Sequence record: MK250019.1
Length of the DNA: 63,688 bases
Direction: 5' to 3' (one strand)
Shown here: piece by piece, positions 30,294 to 40,150 of the stretch
Layout: each line of letters opens with the position of its first letter
Numbering within the stretch: position 1 is the first letter of the stretch
Program-made: the position numbers and the translations under genes
Notes under the pieces: model-generated
Seen by the model: only the letters and a program-made list of their open reading frames with translations
Told to the model about the DNA's origin: nothing
Database searches by the model: none

Positions 30294-31228
30294 TATAAAG
30301 TATTAATATCAACTTCTTTATGTTCTAATATTAATTTAATATTATAACCTAATTTTTTATATTCATAAAATTTATCTTTAATTTCTTGCAGATTTAATGT
30401 ATAGTTTGATTTTATTTCTATAATAGTATTTGTTGATGGTAAATAAAAATCAGGAATTGCAATTCTATATATTTTCTTTATTGAATCAAAATATTTTATA
30501 TGTAAATTTTCAACTTCATATAAAATTTTCTATTCATCTAATTTTTTTGCATAATCCTGTTCATATGAACTTCTCAAATATACATTTTTATTATCCCATG
30601 TTTTATACCAACCTGCTTTATATATTGATTTATTGAAAATATTACTATGATCTAATCTACCTGTTAATACAGCATTTTGTGTAAACATCTCTGGTTCAGA
30701 ACGTGTAGGAATATTTAAATATTTAAATATTTTCTATGTTAAATTATGCCCATTTTTATAACCATACATTTCTGCAATCTATAAACCTGACATTTTTTTA
30801 TTCCAATATAAATCGTATAATTTCTATCTAATTATATTAAATTCATTTTCAACATCAATAGTTCCTAATTTATTTTTATCAAACCCAAAATATTTTATTA
30901 ATGTATTAAACTACTTATAGTTATGTATTTGACAAAAAGGATTCTAACATTGTTTTTGATATTTGTAATACGTTCGTCCACAAATTTTACATTTACACTA
31001 ATTTTGGGGTAATGTCTATTTACATGACATACATAAACATTCTTTTTTTGATAATCTTTTATTAACATAAATAAGTTTTCCACATATATTACATATCGTT
31101 TCCTTTTGCTAATTATTATCATCATTTTTAGTTGAAAATGATCTTGCGCATTTTGAACAACAAAAACGACCACTTCCATATGTTCCATCATGTTCTTTTC
31201 CACAATTTTCACAAATCATAGTATACAT
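30293..31228 (-). CDS. Zn-finger plus TnsA-like PD-(D/E)XK homing endonuclease (311 aa, multiple TAG)
   Basis: CENCGKEHDGTYGSGRFCCSKC; LRSSYEQDYAKKLDE...PDFYLPSTNTIIEIKS. Confidence 0.8.
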
Positions 31229-31637
31229 AATTCTTTATTATATTTATCTACACTTATAATAGAAATAGTTCAAATTTTATAAAAAATAGTATACTGCTTT
31301 CCCAAGTGGTATACTATGAAATAATTCACAAATCCGATTTTATGAATTTAAAAATTAAATAGTTAATTAGGGTGGATTTGCACTTCCCTTACTCCATAGC
31401 TAAATGTTAATGATGGACCCTTCTTACTAATGAATAAAAGAAAATTGCGCAAGTTTTTATTCATTAATATGTTTAGTTCTACATAACGTAGTTCTCTACT
31501 TACCGTTAAACTTCGTTACTATTTAATTAAAAACGTTTAAAAATATATTCAGAAATTTAATATATATTCGCCTCGACGATACTATCTGAACATAGAAGGT
31601 ACATCCTTTATACATACTAAATCATATTTTTAAATTG

Positions 31638-31801
31638 CGGGAATAGAGGGAATCGAACCCACGCCCAGAGATTAGCTACATAAATTGGATTCGAACCAAT
31701 TAAACTTTATAAAGTATGATACCCAACAGCATTATGTAGTTTAATTTAATCAGGTTGTTTCCTGTATACAGTCTCTTGCTCGACCTTCGAGCTATATTCC
31801 C
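31638..31801 (-). tRNA. tRNA-Tyr(GTA)-like, short variable loop, interrupted by a 93-nt intron (31674-31766)
   Basis: GGGAATA/TATTCCC-G; AGAGA-CT-GTA [intron] AA-TCTCT. The intron holds a tRNA mimic at 31675-31739. Confidence 0.8.
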
Positions 31802-31805
31802 AACT

Positions 31806-31995
31806 TTTGCATTAAGGTCAGCAAACCACACATCTCGCCGTCATATAAGCATCCACGATTACTATCGTTCCATGTATACAACCAATCATGCCTGTGCGAC
31901 TATTTGTTCTATTCGGCTCGTGGCGATATTCTTTTCGAAAGCAATAGCAAATATTAAAAGGACTTTAATATTCTATAATATCGCCTGATGCACTT
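31806..31995 (-). ncRNA. Candidate structured ncRNA
   Basis: GC-enriched; TGCAT terminal stem and GGCGATATT/AATATCGCC helix. Confidence 0.4.
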
Positions 31996-32247
31996 TGGAC
32001 AAGCAGTATAATATAAGAAATCTTATATATAGCCTGATATATTTCAATCATATTTTTCTTTGGCAGCATCATTCTATAAATTCATATAATTATTGTTTTC
32101 TTCTTCACATAAGTAAAATACTTATGAAGTTACTTTTCAATAAAGTTCATAGTATATCTGATTAACTTTTCAGTAACAGAAACATTTATTATATGAATAA
32201 CATTTATATTTGTCTATCAAAATTTCAAAGAACAATATATTTTTTAA

Positions 32248-32400
32248 TTAACAATACAAAGATACATCTTTATTTTGAATTAAAAAAATATTCATTGAAA
32301 TTTTTGAAATATTTTTTTGTTTATTATCAATATGTCAAAGAACTAAATGTTTGTTATTTTATTAACAACACAAAGATACATAATATATTTCAAATAAAAA
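32248..32400 (-). promoter_or_regulatory. Tandem Bacteroidota-type promoters
   Basis: CAAAGATA at 32257-32264 and 32371-32378, pointing into the tRNA array. Confidence 0.6.
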
Positions 32401-32426
32401 AATAAGTCTATAAAAAATTGATATTT

Positions 32427-32675
32427 TTATTTAAGTTTTATAATTGTATCTTCTTTAATAGAACGTCTAATCCATCTCATTAGAATTATTGCTCTATCAT
32501 AATGTGGTAAGAATGAAGCAGTTTCACCTACATCATGTTTATCTGATAAATCGATTTCAAACTGATATACATGATTATCAGTTGATGTAATATTATAAAC
32601 TGCAATTCCTCCAGCATTCATACAAACAAGGTCTGCTGCACCTTTAACTAAAATTTTTAAATCAATGTTTTCCAT
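32427..32675 (-). CDS. Conserved phage hypothetical protein
   Basis: 82 aa ending ILMRWIRRSI. Confidence 0.65.
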   Translation of the reverse strand: MENIDLKILVKGAADLVCMNAGGIAVYNITSTDNHVYQFEIDLSDKHDVGETASFLPHYDRAIILMRWIRRSIKEDTIIKLK

Positions 32676-32699
32676 TTTTAATTAATTTTCTTTTTTTAG

Positions 32700-32772
32700 T
32701 TGGGGTGGTGGGAGTTGAACCCACTACCAGAATTTTATAAGAATTCCACTCTAACCGTTGAGTTACACCCCA
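32700..32772 (-). tRNA. tRNA-Ile(TAT)
   Basis: GAATT-CTTATAA-AATTC. Confidence 0.85.
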
Positions 32773-32962
32773 ATATGGGATGTTCCTAAATATAATACAA
32801 CATTATATCATTAAACATATAGGAACATAATTTCTATTGTTAATCCTATATATAATAATGTATATAAGATCAACAATTATAATATTCGATGCTTATGTAT
32901 ATGTCGTATTAAATTTGTCATAACTTTATTCTTATAAAATTTGTTTGTATTCTTTTAATTTG

Positions 32963-33053
32963 CACACAGAGAAGGATTCGAACCCTCGAACAGACTGTTA
33001 AATCCGTTATTGGTTTTGGAGACCAACTGCATCAACCACTCGCACATCTGTGT
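32963..33053 (-). tRNA. Serine-type tRNA body with CCA (Trp) anticodon
   Basis: TTGGT-CTCCAAA-ACCAA, about 7-bp variable arm, G73. Confidence 0.8.
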
Positions 33054-33074
33054 ATTATGTATATAATAAATGAA

Positions 33075-33118
33075 AAAATCTTGAAACTCTCTGATTATGC
33101 AGAATGTTTCAAGATTTT
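33075..33118 (-). terminator. Hairpin (terminator or processing site)
   Basis: AAAATCTTGAAAC...GTTTCAAGATTTT. Confidence 0.55.
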
Positions 33119-33363
33119 AATATATTAATCGTTATTTATATTACACTATTCAACGTATTAACTATTCACAATATCTCGTAACATACATGCACAACGTACT
33201 TGTTCATACCAATTAAATGAATCGGCATAAATATCCACGTTATTTTTATATATGTTATTAAATTGTCTCATAGTTTTTTATCTTTTAAAATTATTTCCTT
33301 TATTATATATATCTAAATTTTTTTCAAAAGTCTTCATTTTTGAGAACTTTTTTTCAAAAAATA

Positions 33364-34074
33364 TTAATTTTTTTTAATTTTCTTTATAGTAATCTTTATT
33401 TTCTCTATTAATGATTCTAATTTATGAATACGATCACCTGTATAAAAAGCAATATAATCATCCAATAGTTTCTTTTCTGTAGACATTACCATAATTCGAT
33501 TTTTAAAAAATTCACCATAATTTCTATTTGGTTCAAATTCTGTACAATGTTCTACACTATAATCATGATCATATATTTTATATGTTGATTCTGTTCTACC
33601 TGCACATATTTTTGGTTCCCATTCATATATAGATTTATGAATTAAGCAACACTGATATGGTTTTACATCTTTATCATCAGATATACAGTGCCAATATGTT
33701 CTAAAATTATTATATAAACTTCTTTGCATACCTGCTGCATAATGTCTAGATTTATATGCAATACCTCTATCTACAATAATCTTGTTATCTTTATATTCTG
33801 ATTCTGAATTTCTTTCTAATACCACATAATAAACTGGAATATCTTTATAATTCACATTATAATTATGACTTATTAATGATAGCTCTTTATCACCTGCATA
33901 ACATTCTGGTGATAATAATCCATCTAATTTATATTCATTAAAATAATCTGGATAACTATTTTTAAGTTCATCCAGATTATTTGAATATATAAAATCAAGA
34001 GAATCAAATCGATTATGTAATTTATCATTTACAAATAAACAGAATCTCCATCTATATAATTCGTTAATATCCAT
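33364..34074 (-). CDS. Hypothetical protein
   Basis: 236-aa ORF. Confidence 0.65.
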   Translation of the reverse strand: MDINELYRWRFCLFVNDKLHNRFDSLDFIYSNNLDELKNSYPDYFNEYKLDGLLSPECYAGDKELSLISHNYNVNYKDIPVYYVVLERNSESEYKDNKIIVDRGIAYKSRHYAAGMQRSLYNNFRTYWHCISDDKDVKPYQCCLIHKSIYEWEPKICAGRTESTYKIYDHDYSVEHCTEFEPNRNYGEFFKNRIMVMSTEKKLLDDYIAFYTGDRIHKLESLIEKIKITIKKIKKN

Positions 34075-34087
34075 ATAAAATATTCAT

Positions 34088-34651
34088 TTAATCCATATTT
34101 AACTTATCTACAATAATACCACACTCTTCAAGAAGTTTGATACCAGCATCACTTTTATAGTTATTTAAATAAACAACACGTGATACTTCTGACTGTACCA
34201 AAAGTTTTGCACAATGAATACATGGAGATAATGTTACATATACAGTACCTCCTTTTGCAGATGAATTATATTTTGCAAGTTTTGTAATTGCATTACTTTC
34301 TGCATGCAATGTAATATCTTTTGTAATAAGTCTAAAACCAGGCATCATACCTTTATTGATATTACGATACTGTACAAGAATCTCTTCCTGTTTTTTCTTA
34401 TCATGATAAGATTCAGCAGTTTCAAGTGTTGTATGTTCACCTGTATTAATATTATAGATTTCTTCACAAATATTCGGCATACCAATAGGCATACCATTAA
34501 AGCCCTGTGAAATAACCTGATCATCCTTTGAAACAACAATACAACCTACCTGTTTCTTAATAGCATATGACAAATTACTCATAGCAATAGCCATATTCAT
34601 ATATGCAACATCAAATTCATGCTGTCTTTCTTTAGATGATTTCTGTACCAT
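34088..34651 (-). CDS. dCMP deaminase
   Basis: VGC.VV, GFNGMP, HAESNAI, TLSPCIHCAKLLVQS. Confidence 0.92.
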   Translation of the reverse strand: MVQKSSKERQHEFDVAYMNMAIAMSNLSYAIKKQVGCIVVSKDDQVISQGFNGMPIGMPNICEEIYNINTGEHTTLETAESYHDKKKQEEILVQYRNINKGMMPGFRLITKDITLHAESNAITKLAKYNSSAKGGTVYVTLSPCIHCAKLLVQSEVSRVVYLNNYKSDAGIKLLEECGIIVDKLNMD

Positions 34652-34682
34652 ATCTTTATATTTTTAATTGTTTATTACTAAA

Positions 34683-34722
34683 TTAACAATACAAAGATAC
34701 ATATTATTTTTGGATTAAAAAA
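34683..34722 (-). promoter_or_regulatory. Bacteroidota-type promoter
   Basis: CAAAGATA at 34692-34699. Confidence 0.6.
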
Positions 34723-35029
34723 ATAATTTAAAACTTATTTTCAATACATTATTAAATAAAATGTGGTCCAACCGATTTTCACAAACAGACTGGACCCGAT
34801 AGTTAAAAATAAATTTTAAATTACGTTATTGATTATATTATTTATTATTAAAAACATCAAAAGTTTAAGTTTTTAATAATTATTTTTTATAAATATTTCA
34901 TTTTTTAATAAAGTAATTCTATATCTATATGAATATAATATACTTCATTAGTTTCGCAATCTTCCCATTTAAGCTTTGAAACTTTCTTTACTTTAACTGA
35001 ATGATTATCCTTCAGTCTCAATGCATTCA

Positions 35030-35596
35030 TTACTTCATCCATGGTAAAATCAAATTATTATTATCATCAATAAAACCATTAAGTTTAAAATATTTTATTT
35101 CATCTTCATTAGTACATGTTTTCAATTGGAAAACTAACATATCCTTTGCAAATGAAATACATTCATTAAGCTTGTTTATTTCGTCTGTATCGTCCGATTT
35201 TATTCCAGATAGAAAATTATATAGGCGCAAAGAAAATGTCTTGTTACAGAGAAATCTACCATCTTTTAACAATGATGTTTTGTCATCAGAATTGATATAT
35301 GATGTGATAACATAAATAAACATATCTCTTTCTTCTTCTGATATAAAATCATTTACTTTAGTGTCTTCAATAATAGATAATATATTTTTTAGTAATGTGT
35401 CTGTATAGAATCTATTATATGGATTAAAAATACGGCTATAAATAAATTTTTTATTATCTATATCACAATGATACCCATTACAAGCTAACCAACAATTTCC
35501 AAGATTACCACAAAAACTACAATAATCACAAATCTTTCCGTCATTATCGAGTACTTCATAATACTCATTTTTCGATAACTTTAATATTTTATTCAT
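35030..35596 (-). CDS. Hypothetical protein
   Basis: 188-aa ORF with an N-terminal Cys cluster. Confidence 0.6.
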   Translation of the reverse strand: MNKILKLSKNEYYEVLDNDGKICDYCSFCGNLGNCWLACNGYHCDIDNKKFIYSRIFNPYNRFYTDTLLKNILSIIEDTKVNDFISEEERDMFIYVITSYINSDDKTSLLKDGRFLCNKTFSLRLYNFLSGIKSDDTDEINKLNECISFAKDMLVFQLKTCTNEDEIKYFKLNGFIDDNNNLILPWMK

Positions 35597-35610
35597 ATTA
35601 TTCTTAATAA

Positions 35611-36456
35611 TTAAGGTAATTCATTTTCTATTTCATTTATTAATGAAGCATTATCTTTATCAGGTACATGCTCTTCACAATATGGACATATCCATCCTCG
35701 TGTCATATACTTTGCATCTTTACCACAAACAATGCAAGTTTTATATGAAATATCTTCATATTTGTTTATTATATTAAATATTTCTTGCGTATCACCTTCT
35801 GAATACCATCTGAGCCCACTGAATTTCTCCTTGATCTGCATTATTCTATAATTCAATAATAACTTAATACCTTTAATATATGCTATTAAATATTTTATAG
35901 AATACTTATGAATATCTTTTGTATATTCATGTAATAAAGCTGTTTTTATTTCTCTACATATATCTTCACCAAACTTTATACGCCAGCCAGTTTCCATTGC
36001 ATCTAATTCTGTATAAGTCGGCAATATATGAAATATTCCTAAAAATGTATTTAGTTTCCTTAACAAATATATTTTCGTATGAGCAAATTTTGTAAGATTT
36101 ACAGATATATTATTAAGTTTATACTTTACATTATCATCTTCTATATCATCTACTGTTTTAACAGAAACATAAATATATGGTTTAATAATTTCACCACCTA
36201 ATGTCTTATATTTAGTTATATAAAATAAAGCATTATTTACTATATGATACTTATCTAGATTATATACAGTATTTGAAATTATCTTATTATTTGCTTTATT
36301 TCTAACTTCAATCTCTATAGAACAGTTTGGAATATTATGATGTCTAAGAATAATTGTAGTTTCCTGATATTCAAATATAGGTGTTAATTTCCGCTCTTTA
36401 TTATCCTTAATATCTAATACTTTCTTACATTCAACCGTGAACTTATCATTTTCCAT
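35611..36456 (-). CDS. Hypothetical protein with C-terminal Zn ribbon
   Basis: QIKEKFSGLRWY...TCIVCGK...GWICPYCEEH. Confidence 0.65.
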   Translation of the reverse strand: MENDKFTVECKKVLDIKDNKERKLTPIFEYQETTIILRHHNIPNCSIEIEVRNKANNKIISNTVYNLDKYHIVNNALFYITKYKTLGGEIIKPYIYVSVKTVDDIEDDNVKYKLNNISVNLTKFAHTKIYLLRKLNTFLGIFHILPTYTELDAMETGWRIKFGEDICREIKTALLHEYTKDIHKYSIKYLIAYIKGIKLLLNYRIMQIKEKFSGLRWYSEGDTQEIFNIINKYEDISYKTCIVCGKDAKYMTRGWICPYCEEHVPDKDNASLINEIENELP

Positions 36457-36646
36457 TATATTTAAAGGAATTGATAATATACCGAATGTTCTTAATTCAT
36501 GTATTTTATTTGATATTAGTCTATTTGTATAATGTTCATCTGTAAATCTATTACGAGGATATAAGAATGGATATTTAATACAAAGCCATGTATTTTTTAA
36601 TATCTATTTAAAATTAGTTTTCATAATAGTTTATTTTTTATATTAT

Positions 36647-37537
36647 TTACTTAATGTTGTTAGTAAGGTATTCTTCTAAATTATTATATAATGGTACTGC
36701 ATAACGATCACATGTAATTTCCACATTACCATATCTATAAAAATCTTTTTCACAAATAACAACAAGCTTTTTAGTTCTCGCGAATAATCCCAATTCCATC
36801 AAGGTAATAGGTGATTTACTTGTACCTAATATATTCATTACAATAATATCAGATTCTTCCAAATGATCTAATTCCCAATTAACCTGATATGAAAATTCAT
36901 CTGAATTATTATTAGGCCATGTATTTCTACGAGGATTAAATATTACGCATTTCTTATTATATTCATCTAATACTTTACAAAGGTATGTTTGCCAATCAAC
37001 TGAATTTCCCATATCAATAGTTCCTGCAAGAAATATTTTAGGAACGTAGTAAAAATTAGATGGAATATTCTGTTCTTTACTATCTGGCTTTATTTCAAAG
37101 ATATTTTTGTATTCAAACATATCATCATTTGTTATTTCATTAATCTTTCCATTAAGATAATCTGCAATTTCTTCCAAATTATTCAAAACAATTCCGCCAT
37201 TTTTTTGCACTAATTCAACTGTTGCCTTTAATGACTTAACCTGAAACTTTTCCATACCATCATATAATACGCAAAATAATGTCTATGATGGTTTCTTATT
37301 TGATAAATCAACTACTTCTGCAATAGAAAAACAACCTTGCATTTCTTTGGTGATTACAAACAAATTATAATCATCATTTTCTTTATGCCAGTTTTCTATT
37401 ACCTAACAATCTTCAGTCCAATCATCAACAACAGGATTAAAATATGTTATATTAAACTTATCCAACATAGGCATTAACTATTCTCTCCATGTTGATTCTG
37501 CACATGTTCCTCCAAAGAATACATTATATTTTTCCAT
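36647..37537 (-). CDS. Tandem nucleoside 2-deoxyribosyltransferase-like domains (296 aa, 3 TAG)
   Basis: N-domain VFFGGTCAESTWRE(Q)...YFNP is in frame with C-domain IFLAGTIDMGNSVDWQ...IFNPRR...QVNWEL. Confidence 0.75.
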
Positions 37538-37581
37538 ATTAATTTAAACTATATAATTTTACATATATTATACATGTAAAA

Positions 37582-38040
37582 TCAATTAAAGTTTTTCATT
37601 ACTCTATCAAGATTTCTCTTATTATCTTTTTCCTTAATAGATTCTCTTTTATCATATTCTTTCTTACCCTTGCATAAAGCTATTTCTACCTTACAAAGAC
37701 CTCTATCATTAATAAACATTCTTATAGGTACAATAGTTATACCGGGAATTTTTGATTCCTTTCCAAGACGTTTAATTTCATTTTTATTAAGAAGAAGTTT
37801 TCGCGAACGACGTTCTTCCTGCTTAATATACCATCCTTTATCATAAGGAGCAACATATGAATTGTTCATCCATACTTCATTATTATTTTTTACATAACAA
37901 AATGTATCAACAAGAGAAGCTTTACCATCACGTATTGACTTGATTTCTGTTCCTGTTAAAATAATACCTGCCGTAAATGTTTCTATAAATGAATAATCAA
38001 AATATGCTTTCTTATTCTTAATGTTTATATTTGTTTTCAT
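37582..38040 (-). CDS. smpB: SsrA-binding protein
   Basis: NKKAYFDY...[14 protein letters not shown]...RKLLL...[13 protein letters not shown]. Confidence 0.95.
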   Translation of the reverse strand: MKTNINIKNKKAYFDYSFIETFTAGIILTGTEIKSIRDGKASLVDTFCYVKNNNEVWMNNSYVAPYDKGWYIKQEERRSRKLLLNKNEIKRLGKESKIPGITIVPIRMFINDRGLCKVEIALCKGKKEYDKRESIKEKDNKRNLDRVMKNFN

Positions 38041-38126
38041 AACAACTTCATTTTAATTAATTACACTATATATTATTTAATTAAATATAGATATTGTTTA
38101 AAATAATAATAGAAACTATTATTATT

Positions 38127-38825
38127 TTAATCTAATGTTATCGTCGCAATAGGAATAATATAACAATCTAATGTTTCAACTTGTGAATCTTTTATATCTT
38201 TCCATGTTTTTATATTATTCCATGTATCATTTCTGTTTTCTAATCTTATATCACTTATAGTTTTATCAATATTATAATTATCTTTTAAACTATATGTAAA
38301 TTCCAAAGATTTCTTATTATCAAATACTATTATATCATTTGATATAATTTCTTGTATATCTTTATCTTTTGGAATATTTATATTATTAAAATATTCTATT
38401 CCGTTTAATACTTTATCTGAATTATCTATTAATAATTGTAAATCATCTGCAGTTGCCATATTAAATTTCATATCATCAAGTTCTTCATTAAATAACTATT
38501 TCGTATATGAATGGACAAATGATTTAAGTTCCTTTATAATATTCTTTTCTGATATTTTTTCATTCATATCAAATGAAACTTTAATTAAATATGGTGTTAT
38601 CAATTTTAATGTTTTACAATTAGTTGATATATCTGCAATAATTCCAATAGGAATGAATCTTAAATTTATAAATCTATCATCTCCAACTTCCTAAATAATT
38701 GCCTGTTTATCTATTGTGTCATAATATAATATATCTCCTATACATGGAATCATAATACCACGCATATCATATTCTCGTTTCTTATTAAAAAGATTTTTAT
38801 GTATACTATTCTAAAGTTCTTCCAT
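38127..38825 (-). CDS. Hypothetical protein (232 aa, 3 TAG)
   Basis: ATG 38825 is in frame with ORF 38127..38471. Confidence 0.6.
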
Positions 38826-38831
38826 TTTATA

Positions 38832-39470
38832 TTAATTGTATTGTAATGTGAACACTGGTAAAAATTCAACTCTTGTTAATGCTAATATATTCTCTATTTT
38901 TCTTTTTGAATTAATAACTGGTAACCATCTATAATACTTACCTTTATGTATAGAAAATAAGCCGCTTTTATACAATCTTTCAGTAAACTGTATAGATCTT
39001 TCTTCACCCCATATAGTCTTAATAACATCAACTAATGTAGTTAAATTTTTATTAACAAAATCTAATAAAGCTATCTACGGTACCTAATATTTAAATGTTG
39101 TTAAATCTATTACAGATGTTCTCTAATATTTATTACAATATCTATCAAACATATCTTTTAAATATGCTGATATAAAAGTCGGTTTTTCCATATAACGATA
39201 TGGTATTAATAAAGATTCACTTGTAAGGTAATTCTTCATTAATACATCAACTGTCATATCATTATTAACCTATACAACAATACCTACTATTGCTTTATCA
39301 TCTTCTTTCCCACATCTATCTTTAGGTATAATATCAAAATTCTAATTACTATAATTAAATACAACAAGATCACCAAATTTAGGTTTCATTATGTTGTATA
39401 ATGTATCATCATAACTTTCATCTATGATATTATAAAATTCATCATCGAATACTTCATTAAACTTATGCAC
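38832..39470 (-). CDS. Hypothetical protein (212 aa, 5 TAG)
   Basis: GTG 39470 to TAA 38832, open under code 15. Confidence 0.55.
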
Positions 39471-39503
39471 AATTTATTCAATATAATAAATTTAATTTAT
39501 TTA

Positions 39504-40043
39504 TTAATCGAATATTGTTTCTTGCATATCTTTTTCTGCAATAATAGATGCATTTTTAATATCATTCTTATGTGCATTTGCCCATGGAGTATCAATAAGT
39601 TCTATATTACCGCCAACTGTAATATTTTCTAATACACTTATATCACTAATAGGATTATTTGATGCAATAAAATTATTGTTAATTTTAGGAGCAATACCAG
39701 ATATATCAGAAATGTTACAATGATCACATATAAGAGAACCATAAATTTCTTTTGGACATCCATCTAATGATGTTAATTTTGGATTATTAAAAATATATAC
39801 ATTTCCTGTTACAATATCAGGGAAATTCTTTAAACTCTTTAATGATCCATAAGGTTCATCTGAAATATGACCATACCAATTTATAGATCCATTTACTTTA
39901 TGAATCTTCACAGGAAATTCATCATATTCCTTATCAAATATAATAATAGTTCCATCCACTATTATATTATTATGCTCATCTTTGTACACATGTACATTCT
40001 TATCATTGAGCATGTTTACTAATGTTAAAACTTCTTTATCCAT
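39504..40043 (-). CDS. Short leucine-rich-repeat-like protein
   Basis: LKSLKNFP..V.G, LTSLDGCP..I.G, ISDISG repeats. Confidence 0.65.
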   Translation of the reverse strand: MDKEVLTLVNMLNDKNVHVYKDEHNNIIVDGTIIIFDKEYDEFPVKIHKVNGSINWYGHISDEPYGSLKSLKNFPDIVTGNVYIFNNPKLTSLDGCPKEIYGSLICDHCNISDISGIAPKINNNFIASNNPISDISVLENITVGGNIELIDTPWANAHKNDIKNASIIAEKDMQETIFD

Positions 40044-40150
40044 AACGTATCATTTATTTAGTTTATTATTTATATATACAAAAATAGTCATAAGCAATAG
40101 AAAGACTCTATCACCTATGACTATCGTGAAATTATTAATATGTTATTTTA

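Noticed and set aside
30234-30350. Longer tRNA-like element using TAGGTTAT at 30343-30350
   Set aside because: That copy lies inside the endonuclease coding sequence, so the match is probably coincidental.
30898-31212. 104-aa minus-strand ORF
   Set aside because: Wrong frame; the real gene is the code-15 endonuclease 30293..31228.
24009-31766. tRNA introns as group I or group II self-splicing introns
   Set aside because: At 79-114 nt they are too short and show no catalytic core; most of the length is the tRNA mimic.
23830-31988. Plus-strand ORFs in the tRNA array (23830, 24430, 25873, 28026, 29430, 30430, 31755)
   Set aside because: They are antisense shadows of tRNAs, ncRNAs or code-15 genes.
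23100-33100. A CTA-anticodon suppressor tRNA
   Set aside because: None found among the tRNAs read; both Gln tRNAs are CTG and TTG. It is presumably elsewhere in the genome.
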